A stretch of 64,000 nucleotides of DNA from Candidatus Eiseniibacteriota bacterium (GTDB lineage: Bacteria; Eisenbacteria; RBG-16-71-46; CAVPCR01). Where the stretch lies: NCBI GenBank assembly GCA_963823555.1, contig CAWGMA010000004.1:448001-512000 (forward strand), given 5' to 3'. Both the position numbers and the translations under genes were made by a program. Positions within the stretch are counted from its first letter, which is position 1. Every line of letters begins with the position of its first letter. Under the pieces are notes generated by a model. That model made no database searches. It was not told where the DNA came from and saw only the letters and a list, made by a program, of their open reading frames with translations. Shown in pieces: positions 48,444 to 57,648 of the stretch.

Positions 48444-49416
48444 CAGCGATGCTCGCCCAGGAGAAGGCGAGCTGATCGCTGGCGGCGCGGCCGGGCGCGC
48501 GCGTGCATTCACCCTGCGTGAAGCCGTAGCGCGCGCGCAGCTTCCGGACGCGCGCCACGATCTCCTCGCGGGCCGGCCCGCGCAGGAAGGCCGAGTGAGC
48601 GTAGGCCTTGCGGTACCAGGCCAGATGCTCCGGGAAGTGAGCGGCGAGAAACGGGAAGAAGCGGCGTCGGGGTGCCGTTCGCAGGTGGAGGAGGCTCGCG
48701 TCGGCGTAGCTCGCTCCAGCATCGCGCGCGGCCGCGAAGAGGCGGGCGAGATCGGCTTCGGCATCAGTCAGGTGCGGCAGGATCGGCATGATGAAGAGCC
48801 CGGCGCGGATCCCGGCGGCACGCAGGGCGGCCAGGGCGGCGAGGCGCCGCTCAGGCGTCGGCGCCCCGGGCTCGATCGTGCGCAGGAGAGCGGCATCCAT
48901 GCTGATCAGGCTCACGTTGACGCTGAGCGGGCGCGTGCGGGCGATGGCGGCGAGCAGATCGAGGTCGCGCCGGACGAGATCGGACTTGGTGGTGATCGAG
49001 AGCTCGAGCGTGGAGCAGGGTGCGAGCGTCTCGAGCAGCTGGCGGGTGATGCCAAAGCGGCGCTCGGCCGGCTGGTAGGGATCGGTGGCCGTGCCCAGGG
49101 CCACCGGGCGCCCGCGCAGGTCCTCGCGATCGACGGTGGTGGCGAGCACGCGGGGCGCGTTCACCTTGACATGGACCTCGCGCTCGAAGTCGAGCGGGTC
49201 CTCGTAATCCATGAAGGCGTGGGTGTAGCGAGCGAAGCAGTAGGTGCACCCGATCTCACAGCCGCGGTAGGGATTGATGCCCCAGGTGAAAGGGAAGGCG
49301 GGGTTCGGATTCTTCGTGAGCACCGACCGGCAGTGCATGCGGTGGTAGGTCACGCGGCGCTTCTCACGGAGGTGCTCGGGTAAGGGCGCGATGGGAAGGA
49401 GAGCCGGGGTCGACAT
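48400..49416 (-). CDS. Rv2578c/SplB-like radical SAM protein (DNA-repair associated family)
   Basis: INPYRGCEIGCTYCFAR, TATDPYQPAE, ITTKS, RDLDLL, IEPGAP. Confidence 0.9.
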   Translation of the reverse strand: MSTPALLPIAPLPEHLREKRRVTYHRMHCRSVLTKNPNPAFPFTWGINPYRGCEIGCTYCFARYTHAFMDYEDPLDFEREVHVKVNAPRVLATTVDREDLRGRPVALGTATDPYQPAERRFGITRQLLETLAPCSTLELSITTKSDLVRRDLDLLAAIARTRPLSVNVSLISMDAALLRTIEPGAPTPERRLAALAALRAAGIRAGLFIMPILPHLTDAEADLARLFAAARDAGASYADASLLHLRTAPRRRFFPFLAAHFPEHLAWYRKAYAHSAFLRGPAREEIVARVRKLRARYGFTQGECTRAPGRAASDQLAFSWASIAASGSRRAGPASCRR

Positions 49417-49422
49417 GGGAGA

Positions 49423-49451
49423 ACCATACATATGAATAGCTCATATGTCGA
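49423..49451 (-). promoter_or_regulatory. Sigma70 promoter with a palindromic operator filling the spacer
   Basis: Minus strand TCGACA-17 nt-TATGGT-6 nt-ATG; perfect inverted repeat ACATATGA-N5-TCATATGT at 49428-49448. Confidence 0.7.
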
Positions 49452-49502
49452 TGGGGCACTACGCAGCGGGCACCCTGCCCGTCGTTGAGACTGCGTAAGC
49501 TG

Positions 49503-50204
49503 ATGTCCACCAATATCTTTACAGAGAAGCTAGGCATCGCGGGGCAGTCCGAGATCACGGTGGCCGGAGCCTACCCCACGGGGTTCCGCCCGGGAGAGAC
49601 GCCGGCCCTGGTCCTGGCCCCGGGGGCGGGAAGCGATCTTCGGACGCCCCTCCTGGTCGCTCTCGAGGAAGCGCTCGCGCCGCAGATGCTCGTCCTGCGC
49701 TTCAACTTCCCGTATCGGGAGGCGGGCCGCCGCGCGCCGGATCCGCAGAAGAAGCTCGAGGCGACCTATCGCGCCGTTCTGGCCTGGTTGCGCCAGCACC
49801 CGGAGCTGCGCCCAGGGAGGATGATTGCCGGTGGCAAATCGATGGGCGGGCGCATCGCCACCCACGTCGTGAGCGCCGGCGAGGCCCTCGATGGCCTCGT
49901 TCTCCTCGGCTATCCGCTCCATCCACCAGGACAGCCCGCGAAGCTGAGGGTGGCGCATCTCACGGATATCCGCTGCCCGCTCCTGTTCGTCCAGGGATCT
50001 CGCGACGCCCTGTGTCGCCTCGATCTCCTGGCCCCGACCCTCATAACACTCGGTTCCCGCGCCCGTCTTGTCGTGATCGATGAGGGGGATCACTCCTTCA
50101 AGGTGACCAAGCGCAGCGGCCGGAGCGAGCATGAGGTCTTCGCCGAGATCGGCGCGCGAGTCCGGGAGTTCGTTCTGGATCCCGGCGGTCGCCTTCGCGG
50201 CTGA
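49503..50204 (+). CDS. Alpha/beta hydrolase (KANL3/Tex30, dienelactone hydrolase-like)
   Basis: RFNFPY, GGKSMGGR, GYPLHPPG, QGSRD, GDHS. Confidence 0.88.
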   Translation: MSTNIFTEKLGIAGQSEITVAGAYPTGFRPGETPALVLAPGAGSDLRTPLLVALEEALAPQMLVLRFNFPYREAGRRAPDPQKKLEATYRAVLAWLRQHPELRPGRMIAGGKSMGGRIATHVVSAGEALDGLVLLGYPLHPPGQPAKLRVAHLTDIRCPLLFVQGSRDALCRLDLLAPTLITLGSRARLVVIDEGDHSFKVTKRSGRSEHEVFAEIGARVREFVLDPGGRLRG

Positions 50205-50213
50205 GGTACGACC

Positions 50214-51128
50214 GTGCGCGCGGCGCCTCCTCTCCATCCCTCGATCGATCTCCTTGGCGGCCGATTGGCGGTGATGGTCGCTGGCGAGATCACAGGTCTG
50301 GCCGCAGTGGATCCGCTGGCGCGGGCCGAGGTCTATGCGCGGCACGGGATCCTTAACGTCATCGATCTCGATGCGGCGCTTGGTAGGGGCGGCCAGGGGG
50401 GGCTCGTCGGCGAGATCTGCCGCCGGCACGAATGCTATGCGGGCGGCGGGATCCGCTCGGTCGAGGACGTGATCCAGCGCCTCGATCGCGGCGCGGTGAA
50501 GGCCATTCTGGGCAGTGCGCTGCTCGCCCCTGGCGATCTCAATCGCCCGTTCCTGGCCGATCTGGCGCGCCTGGTGCCGCGGGAGCGGCTGGTCTTTGCC
50601 CTCGACGCCGATCGGGGCGAGCTCATGACCGAGGCCTGGACGCGGAGGAGCGGCCTCGAGATCGGCCGCGTGATCGCGGAGCTCGAACCCTTCTGCTCCG
50701 AGTTCGTGATCACGGCGATCGAGCGCGAGAGCACGGTGGCCGGACCCGATCTCGCCACCCTCGATCGGCTTTGTGTCCTGACCCACAACCCGCTCCAGGC
50801 GGCCGGCGGCATCGCCACCATCGGCCACGTGCTCGCACTCGCCGAGCGTGGTCTGGGTGCCGTCCTGAGCCAGGTGATTCACCTGGGAGAGCTCGACCTC
50901 ACGGCGGCCTGGATGGCGCTCCTCGATCTCGCTCCGGATGAGACCGTCCCCGCCCGGGTCCGGACCCGCGACGGCCTCGAGCTCGCCGCCCTGTCGCTCG
51001 ACACCGATCGCATCGACCGCGCGTTGCGAGAAGGACGGATCACGGTGCCGGGGAGCGGACGGGACCGGGACGTGACGCAGGTACGCCTGAGAGGCCACCC
51101 GCCCGAGCTCCACATCACGATGATCTAG
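50214..51128 (+). CDS. HisA/HisF-related TIM-barrel protein
   Basis: PSIDLLGG, VIDLDAA, GGGIRS, TAIERE, AAGGI. Confidence 0.8.
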   Translation: MRAAPPLHPSIDLLGGRLAVMVAGEITGLAAVDPLARAEVYARHGILNVIDLDAALGRGGQGGLVGEICRRHECYAGGGIRSVEDVIQRLDRGAVKAILGSALLAPGDLNRPFLADLARLVPRERLVFALDADRGELMTEAWTRRSGLEIGRVIAELEPFCSEFVITAIERESTVAGPDLATLDRLCVLTHNPLQAAGGIATIGHVLALAERGLGAVLSQVIHLGELDLTAAWMALLDLAPDETVPARVRTRDGLELAALSLDTDRIDRALREGRITVPGSGRDRDVTQVRLRGHPPELHITMI

Positions 51129-51180
51129 GAGCCAGTGCCGGGAATCCCAGCTTCCGCGGCGTCACGGTGCGCGGTCGCCG

Positions 51181-52113
51181 ATGGTAGAGTCCCGGGTACG
51201 GATGACGGGAGGAAGCAGGTTGGATGTTCATGTCAAGCAAGCAGCGTTGATCGGCCTCGAGCGCGGCCTGCTCGCGCCGGCCGAGCGGGATCACGCGCTC
51301 GAACACCTGGAAACCTGCCCGCTCTGTCGCGAGTTGCAGGCAGAGATCCAGGCCGAGCTCGCCGCCATGGACTCGATGGATCCGGTCCCCGGTGCGGTGG
51401 GCCGCCACATACCGCCTGGGCTCCTCGCCGGCTTCGTCGCGGCTCGGGAGAGCATCGGTGAAGACCTGGCCTCCCGCATCGAGCAGCATATCGCGCGGTG
51501 CCCGCTCTGCCACGACGCAGCCGAGCGGGCAGCACGCCCCCGTCAGGAGCCACCCCCGGACTTCCAGCGGCCGATACCGCTCGCCACCTTCCTGCGCCTC
51601 CGCCGCGGCGTGGCGGTCAAGCGTGACCGGCCGCGCCGGCGCTCGCTCCGCGGTCGGGTCTGGTGGCCGGTCGTCTCCGGGCTCGTGCTCGCCGTGATCA
51701 TCGGTGGGATCATGATCCCTCGCTGGCGTGCCGAGCGTGCGGGAGCCACGTACCTGAAGATCGCCACGCCGCTCCGCCTGCTCGGCAACAAGAGTGGGAT
51801 TGCTCCTCCTCCAGCGGTGTCCCTCGCGCCGGGCACGCCGCTCGTCCTGTTCATCAAGCTCGCCGTGCCGCCGCCGGGCGATGCCCATTTCGATCTCGTG
51901 CTGCGCCGCGCGGATGGGTCCGAGCTCAAGCGCCGCATCGCCGGCACGGCTTTCGATCCCTCGGGCACGGTCGCCATCCTCGTTGCTCGCGAGGTCCTCG
52001 CCGTTGGAGAGCGGGTGGAAGTGGAACTCGTCCGGGCCGGCGACGCCACCCGGGCGGCGGTGTTCTCCGACGCCTTCACGATCAGTTCCCCACCGCCGGA
52101 TCGCACGCCGTGA
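51181..52113 (+). CDS. Putative anti-sigma factor with two zf-HC2 motifs and one TM
   Basis: HLETCPLC and HIARCPLC; TM WWPVVSGLVLAVIIGGIMI. Confidence 0.7.
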   Translation: MVESRVRMTGGSRLDVHVKQAALIGLERGLLAPAERDHALEHLETCPLCRELQAEIQAELAAMDSMDPVPGAVGRHIPPGLLAGFVAARESIGEDLASRIEQHIARCPLCHDAAERAARPRQEPPPDFQRPIPLATFLRLRRGVAVKRDRPRRRSLRGRVWWPVVSGLVLAVIIGGIMIPRWRAERAGATYLKIATPLRLLGNKSGIAPPPAVSLAPGTPLVLFIKLAVPPPGDAHFDLVLRRADGSELKRRIAGTAFDPSGTVAILVAREVLAVGERVEVELVRAGDATRAAVFSDAFTISSPPPDRTP

Positions 52114-52685
52114 TCGGTATCGGTCGCCTCGTCCTCGCCGCCGTGCTCCTGGTCGGCGCGAAGGGAGGGACACCCTTGCTCATTGATGATTTCTCTCGCG
52201 AGGACGAGCGTTCGGCGCTCGGAACGGAATGGCGTGACTTCACCGACCGGGTGATGGGGGGGCGGTCGCAGGGCGAGGCCCGGCGCGACACGCTCGATGG
52301 ACGGAGCTGCCTCCATCTCCGGGGTGAGGTCTCGCTCGCCCATGGCGGGGGATTCATCCAGGTTGCGGTGCCGCTCGAGAGCGGCGGCAAGGCGCTCGAC
52401 GCGAGCGCCTACACCGGCATTCGTCTCGTCGTGCGCGCATCCGGAGAGGGCTACTACCTTCACCTGCGCACGGGCGACACCTGGCTCCCCTGGCATCACT
52501 ACCGGGCCCCGATCCCGAGCGGGGAGGCGGGCTGGCGCGAGGTCTCGGTGCCGTTCGCCGCGTTCGAGCCGCAGGGTCTCATGAAGCCGCTCGCGCCGTC
52601 CAAGCTCGAGCGGCTGGGGATCGTCGCTGCGAAGCGGGAATTTTCGGCCGATATCGCGGTGGCGCGTATCGATCTCTATCGCTGA
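52110..52685 (+). CDS. CIA30 (complex I intermediate-associated) family protein
   Basis: GTGA overlap; TDRVMGGRS, GEVSLAHGGGF, GIRL, VPFAAF. Confidence 0.9.
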   Translation: MIGIGRLVLAAVLLVGAKGGTPLLIDDFSREDERSALGTEWRDFTDRVMGGRSQGEARRDTLDGRSCLHLRGEVSLAHGGGFIQVAVPLESGGKALDASAYTGIRLVVRASGEGYYLHLRTGDTWLPWHHYRAPIPSGEAGWREVSVPFAAFEPQGLMKPLAPSKLERLGIVAAKREFSADIAVARIDLYR

Positions 52686-52698
52686 GGATGAAGGCCGA

Positions 52699-52740
52699 GG
52701 GCCCGAGCCGGCGCGGATCTCTCCCTACCGGCTCGGGCTC
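52699..52740. terminator. Terminator-like hairpin, homologous to 62519-62560
   Basis: GGGCCCGAGCCGG...CCGGCTCGGGCTC. Confidence 0.6.
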
Positions 52741-52779
52741 CATGTCCAAGCCAATCCAGCGCCCGCCCCGCCTGATGGA

Positions 52780-52822
52780 CTACTTGAGCACGATCATGCG
52801 CCTTGTGGCGCTGAACGATCCT
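52780..52822. repeat. 43-bp direct repeat, left copy (orphan 3' end of the gene at 62595)
   Basis: CTACTTGAGCACGATCATGCGCCTTGTGGCGCTGAACGATCCT, identical to 62595-62637. Confidence 0.95.
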
Positions 52823-52935
52823 CGTTGTGTCCGAACAATCGATCGGCGGTGCGCATCTCACGCCGCCCGCCGGTGACCTGAACTAGTTACGATCTAGTTT
52901 AGTCTGACACGGCGCAAGAAGAAGAGGTGGCCATG

Positions 52936-53291
52936 CTAAGTCGCCAAGTCCCCCAGGGAGCGGTCCCGCCACTGCAGTTCCGCCATCTCCTGGAACGCCC
53001 CCACGGCATGCCAGCGGCCGCACTGCGGGCAGCGGTGGCCCCGGCGCTCGTCGCGCAGCCGAACCACCTTCACCCGTACGCCTCTTCCCCGCCGATCGGC
53101 GACCGTGTCGGTGTCCACCGCGACCACTCCGAACCCTTGCAGAGCCCAGACCCGTCTGAGATCCTCAAGTCGCTCCTGGTCTTCCATGACCGCCCTCCTT
53201 TGTCAGAGAAGGGCTCCATGGGTACGCCGAGAGCATCCGCTTCTCAACCGCCTACCCCGAACTCAGGCCCCACGGAAAATCGAGGGGAGCG
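52936..53291 (-). mobile_element. ISL3-family remnant (left end plus truncated transposase N-terminus)
   Basis: ORF 53187-52936 with CPQCG zinc finger and WRD..LG; end sequence GCTCCCCTCGATTTTCCGTGGG resembles ISL3 IRs. Confidence 0.6.
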
Positions 53292-53522
53292 CGAAGAAAG
53301 AGGGGACTTCGGGTCTCAACTTCACCTTCAACCGGAGCGCGCCCCAAGGAAAAATGCGCTTGTGCTGAAATCCGGGGAGGCGCACGATTGCCGTTGGTCC
53401 CCCGCTCAAACGCGAGCCAGGGACCAAGGCTAGACCTCACCGCCCGGCGACCCCACGCGGGTCCCGGCGCCAAGCCGCCCGACGATGAGGTTGCAAATGC
53501 TCAGTGCGACCAGGAGGCGGCT

Positions 53523-53951
53523 ATGAAAGTTCAACCAGCTTCTGCACTCCCTCAGTATCCGGCACCCAGCTCCAAGTTCCTCTTCATCCTCATGGGTGCT
53601 CTCTTGCTTGTGCCTCATGCGTCGCATGCACAAATGGACCCCTGTGATCCCGTACCTGGCCAATGCACTACCCGATGTGCGCCTCAAGGCTGGGGGATCC
53701 AGGTCGCAGTCCACCACAAGAGCTTCGAGTGTTTCCAGTTCTTCCGACAGCGCTGCGACGAATCGGGATGGACGCTAGTCTATGCGGGTCCCGACAGCAG
53801 TATTTGCGACTGCACATACAATCCCTCTTACAAGTATCGCTACCATGTAAATGGCTTCTCGGATCTGAACTACGGAACCTGTGCGAGCCTTTCTGACAGC
53901 TGCACATCGTTGTGGTGGACCGGCGCTGGCGAGATCACGAGCTGCCCCTGA
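53523..53951 (+). CDS. Small secreted Cys-rich protein (142 aa, 10 Cys)
   Basis: AGGAGG RBS; signal ending SHA-Q; lower GC than the flanking core genes. Confidence 0.65.
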   Translation: MKVQPASALPQYPAPSSKFLFILMGALLLVPHASHAQMDPCDPVPGQCTTRCAPQGWGIQVAVHHKSFECFQFFRQRCDESGWTLVYAGPDSSICDCTYNPSYKYRYHVNGFSDLNYGTCASLSDSCTSLWWTGAGEITSCP

Positions 53952-53985
53952 TCGCCAGCGCGATCCTCTATCAAGGAGGTAGACC

Positions 53986-55248
53986 ATGCGAGCTTGCAAG
54001 GTGTGCGCGTTCTTGATCCTAGCCGCGTCGGCCGGGCTCGCGAGCGCTGGCACGTGGACGGAGCAAGTGTCGAACAGCAACGGCGAACTCTACGTCGTTC
54101 ATGCGGTCAGCGGTGACATCGTGTGGGCGGCAGGCGGTAATGCCCAGGTTGTGAGGACGACTGACGGGGGGGAGCATTGGGAATCTTACCCCACTCCCTC
54201 CGGTTCCCACTCGGCGCTCTTTGCCATCGACGCCGAGACCTGCGTCGTTGCCGGATACCCTGGACTCTTCTGGCGCACGACGAACGGCGGGGCGTCTTGG
54301 GATCAGGTTCATTATGTCGACACGTACATCAACGGTATCCACTTCTTCGACGCCCAGCATGGCTGGGCGGTCGGGGATCCCGTCGGGCAGAACTGGGTCA
54401 TCATTGAGACCACGGACGGTGGCGTGCACTGGTTGCCATCGCCGACTGCACCCCCCTCAGGGCCTGGGTTTGGGCTCAGCCGCTCATTCAGCTGGGTTGG
54501 CAGCCAAATCGGCGTCTTTGGTACCAATGCGGCAGCGATCTTGCGCACAGCGAATGGCGGTACCGACTGGAGCACGGTGGCGACGAATGTCCAGCAGGTG
54601 GCGGGGCTCGTGCTGAGCGAAAGGGGGATTGGGCTTGCGGGGGGGGACCTGGACGCGCTCGATCGCAGCACGGATGCCGGCCTGACCTGGCAGGCGATCC
54701 AGAGCCCGACGCCGGCTCGGCTACTCACCTTCGACTGGGTCGCAGGAACCGACGAAGTGTGGGGCTCGACACACATGCTAGGTGTTTTCCACAGCGCGAA
54801 CGCCGGCATCGACTGGGAAGGGCATGTCTTTGGTCAACCTTACTATGTATCCGAGGATATCGATTTCGCCAGCGCCAACACGGGTTGGTCGGTCGGGTAT
54901 GACTCGCGGAACGGGATGGGCCGGGTCTGGAAGTACACGACCACGACCGGAGTTGACGAAGGCGTCAGCGCACCGACGACTCTCTGTGTTTGGAGCTGCC
55001 CCAACCCGTTCACGACCAGCATCACGTTCGCGGTGGACTTGCCATCAGACGGCCGGATTGAGGTCGCGATTTACGATCTGACTGGCCGCGAGGTGGCGAT
55101 CCTGGAAGCTATGGAAGGCGCGGGACACCGCGAATTGCACTGGGACGGACGCAACATGTTTGGCCGTCCAGTCGCCAGCGGCATCTACGCCTACCGCATG
55201 ACGACTCCGACCGGGAGGGCTGCAGGCAGGATAGTGCGAATGCGATAG
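53986..55248 (+). CDS. Secreted YCF48/BNR-repeat beta-propeller protein with FlgD-Ig domain
   Basis: AAGGAGG RBS; repeated (R/E)TxDGGxxW; C-terminal CPNPF...WDGRN...SGIY. Confidence 0.88.
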   Translation: MRACKVCAFLILAASAGLASAGTWTEQVSNSNGELYVVHAVSGDIVWAAGGNAQVVRTTDGGEHWESYPTPSGSHSALFAIDAETCVVAGYPGLFWRTTNGGASWDQVHYVDTYINGIHFFDAQHGWAVGDPVGQNWVIIETTDGGVHWLPSPTAPPSGPGFGLSRSFSWVGSQIGVFGTNAAAILRTANGGTDWSTVATNVQQVAGLVLSERGIGLAGGDLDALDRSTDAGLTWQAIQSPTPARLLTFDWVAGTDEVWGSTHMLGVFHSANAGIDWEGHVFGQPYYVSEDIDFASANTGWSVGYDSRNGMGRVWKYTTTTGVDEGVSAPTTLCVWSCPNPFTTSITFAVDLPSDGRIEVAIYDLTGREVAILEAMEGAGHRELHWDGRNMFGRPVASGIYAYRMTTPTGRAAGRIVRMR

Positions 55249-55511
55249 AGCCGCCCGAACCCCGGGGCTGGACGCGCACGTCCGTTCGGCCCTGCTCCAT
55301 GCCATCTCCCTGGCCGCCACGGAATGGACTGTCCGTTCCGAAAACTCCGTATCGCGGGTCCTTTGCACGTCTGGGGGCCTGATCGACCCCGCTGAAGCGG
55401 TCCACCGACTTCAGGATGCGGTTCGGACCCGCGATTCCTCCTGCCAGCGCGCCCGTCGCTGTGCGCCTGAGATGATCGCCACTGGCGCGGCGCACGAGAT
55501 GGCACGCGATT

Positions 55512-55800
55512 TCATTCGATTCTCGCTTCCCACGGCGTCCGCCCGCCCAACGCCTGGCTCGGTCGGTGCAGGTTGTGCCAGAAGACATACAGCGCGATCT
55601 GAGGCGGCGGGCGATCTTGAGGGTCAGGGCCTCGATCTCGGCGGTGGTGGGTGTGGGGAGCGGACCGAAGTCGAGCTGCCTCCTCCCCGATGGGCTCTTC
55701 GTCCCCCTCACCGATGGTGACCCGGACCGATGACGAGAGCGAGACCGCGGCCCTCCTCGAGGCGATCGCCGCCGCACTCCAGAGCGACCTCGCCGCTGCG
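55512..55800. mobile_element. Mosaic of transposase fragments (integrase-core C-terminus and IS91-like pieces)
   Basis: Minus strand YVFWHNLHRPSQALGGRTPWE* (rve C-terminal like) fused to LDFGPLPTPTTAEIEALTLKIARRL. Confidence 0.45.
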
Positions 55801-56202
55801 TTGTCGTGACGTCGATCGGGAACCTGCCGCGGTCCCTCTTCGTGCTGGACTCCGGATGGGTTGCGGCCCGAGGCTGGCCCCCTACCGGACGACACGCGCG
55901 CTGGCAGCCTGGAGGGCCTCAAGGTGCCGGGCCGGGGAGGACGCGGATGATTGTTGGCCCGGCCGGCCGGCCTCGCACCCGGGGCTTGACCGGCCGTCCC
56001 GGGGAGGCTTAGATAGTGGCATACGCGCGAGCGGGCCGCACGGCGGCCGCAGAACAACGGGGAGGTAGCGCACCGAACACACGAGCACCGCGTGGAGGGT
56101 CCTGAAAGGGACTGGGACCGCAAGGGCATGGGCGGTGGCACTCATCGCAAGCGACGTGGAGCGATGCTCGATCATGAGGGAGACAAGCAAAGGAGAGGTA
56201 GG

Positions 56203-56313
56203 ATGGGAGACAAGGGCAAGAAGGACAAGGACAAAGGCAAGAAACAGAAGACAAGTAAGCACGACCAAGCGGAAAAGAAGAAGCAGGAGAAGCAACCGAA
56301 GCGAACCCCGTGA
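56203..56313 (+). CDS. Small Lys-rich protein (36 aa)
   Basis: AAAGGAGAGG RBS; MGDKGKKDKDKGKKQKTSKHDQAEKKKQEKQPKRTP. Confidence 0.55.
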   Translation: MGDKGKKDKDKGKKQKTSKHDQAEKKKQEKQPKRTP

Positions 56314-56510
56314 CCTCGGTGTCCAGGTCAGGGCGAGCATCCTGACCATGGTGACACCGCTAGCGGCAGTGGCGAAAGAGACCGGGAGTGTCTGCAGTTC
56401 ATCCGCAGCCAAGGGGGCCTCGCGGGTAGACGTCGAAGCGGCAAGTCTTCTCGTTGAGCCCATGGGTGCGGAGCCACTCCCCCAGGCGTGTGGCGGGGGG
56501 AGAGTGGTCC

Positions 56511-57488
56511 ATGGCCAGAGAGCATATCGAAGCCCCGGCGGGCAGGAGGATGGCTGCCTCCTTGGCGGCGCACTGGACGGACTCATCCCCGGAATTTGAG
56601 CGGCATTTCACAAACCTGGTCTATCGGATCCGCGGGTCCTCCGGTCCCTGGTACCTGCGGATCACCCCCGTCACTCATCGATCCGAGCAGCAGATCCTCT
56701 CCGAACTGGAGGTGGTGCGCCACCTCGGTGCGTGCGGAGTCCCCTGCTCGCAGCCGGTCCCGGCGCGCGACGGCCGGCTGATGCACGTCGGCGAGATGGA
56801 TGGCCTTCCCCACATCGGATGTGTATTCGAGGCGGCCCCAGGGGTCGTGTTCACGGATGCGGCCGTGCCCGATCAGACCGCCTTTTTCAAGAGCGCCGGA
56901 AGACTCATCGGCCGAGTGCACGCGGGCCTGCGGTCCTTCGACCGGTCGCCCGAGTTCGCGCGCTTCACCGGGGACCAGGACCGCTGGGACGGTTTTGCCG
57001 ACCACGTCCCGAGAGGGGAAACGGCGGCCTGGGCGCTCCATGATGACCTCCGGGCCTGGCTGTCCGAACAGCCGAAGGACGAGACGCACTACGGGCTCGT
57101 CCACGGCGACTTCACGGTCATGAACCTGCGCATCGAAGGCCAGACCATCACCCTCTTCGACTTCGATGCGTGCTGTGATCACTGGTACGCCTACGAGATT
57201 GCGACCTTTCTCCACTACTTTGGCGCACGCCCGGACCGCCGAGAGCTGGCGTACAACAACGTCCTCGAGGGCTATGCCGCCACCTCCTCGGTCGACGATG
57301 CACTCCGGCGCCAGATCCCCCGGTTCGGCCAGATGCGCCTGCTCTACTCGTTCTTGGTGTTCGCCGAGGAATGGGGATTCGAACGACTCACGCCGGAGCG
57401 CGAGGCGTACTTCGAGCTTCGGCGGCGTCTGTTCCAGGCGAGACCGACCTGGTCGGAGCCGGGCGGAACGGCGGAAGGTAGGGTGTGA
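56511..57488 (+). CDS. APH/type II homoserine kinase-like phosphotransferase
   Basis: YLRIT, Brenner motif VHGDFTVMN, LFDFD. Confidence 0.88.
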   Translation: MAREHIEAPAGRRMAASLAAHWTDSSPEFERHFTNLVYRIRGSSGPWYLRITPVTHRSEQQILSELEVVRHLGACGVPCSQPVPARDGRLMHVGEMDGLPHIGCVFEAAPGVVFTDAAVPDQTAFFKSAGRLIGRVHAGLRSFDRSPEFARFTGDQDRWDGFADHVPRGETAAWALHDDLRAWLSEQPKDETHYGLVHGDFTVMNLRIEGQTITLFDFDACCDHWYAYEIATFLHYFGARPDRRELAYNNVLEGYAATSSVDDALRRQIPRFGQMRLLYSFLVFAEEWGFERLTPEREAYFELRRRLFQARPTWSEPGGTAEGRV

Positions 57489-57648
57489 TTGCGAGCGTGC
57501 TGGGAACGGAAGGACCCCGGGTGGAGGACAGCCCAGGTCGAAAGGACTCGCCGCATCCCATGAACTGAATGGGGCTTGTTCCGCCGGCGTACGCTGCGCG
57601 GCGAGCCGACAGCTGTTCGGAGCAGGCAAGCTTGTCAGCGCCATCCCA

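Noticed and set aside
47410..49383. 657-aa DUF1028 fusion ORF
   Set aside because: Product of the G-run frameshift reading into the antisense of the radical SAM gene
52874..52935. Possible IS3-like left end (TGACCTGAACTAG...CTAGTTTAGTCTGACAC) followed by RBS and ATG
   Set aside because: No matching second end or transposase body; too short to support a call
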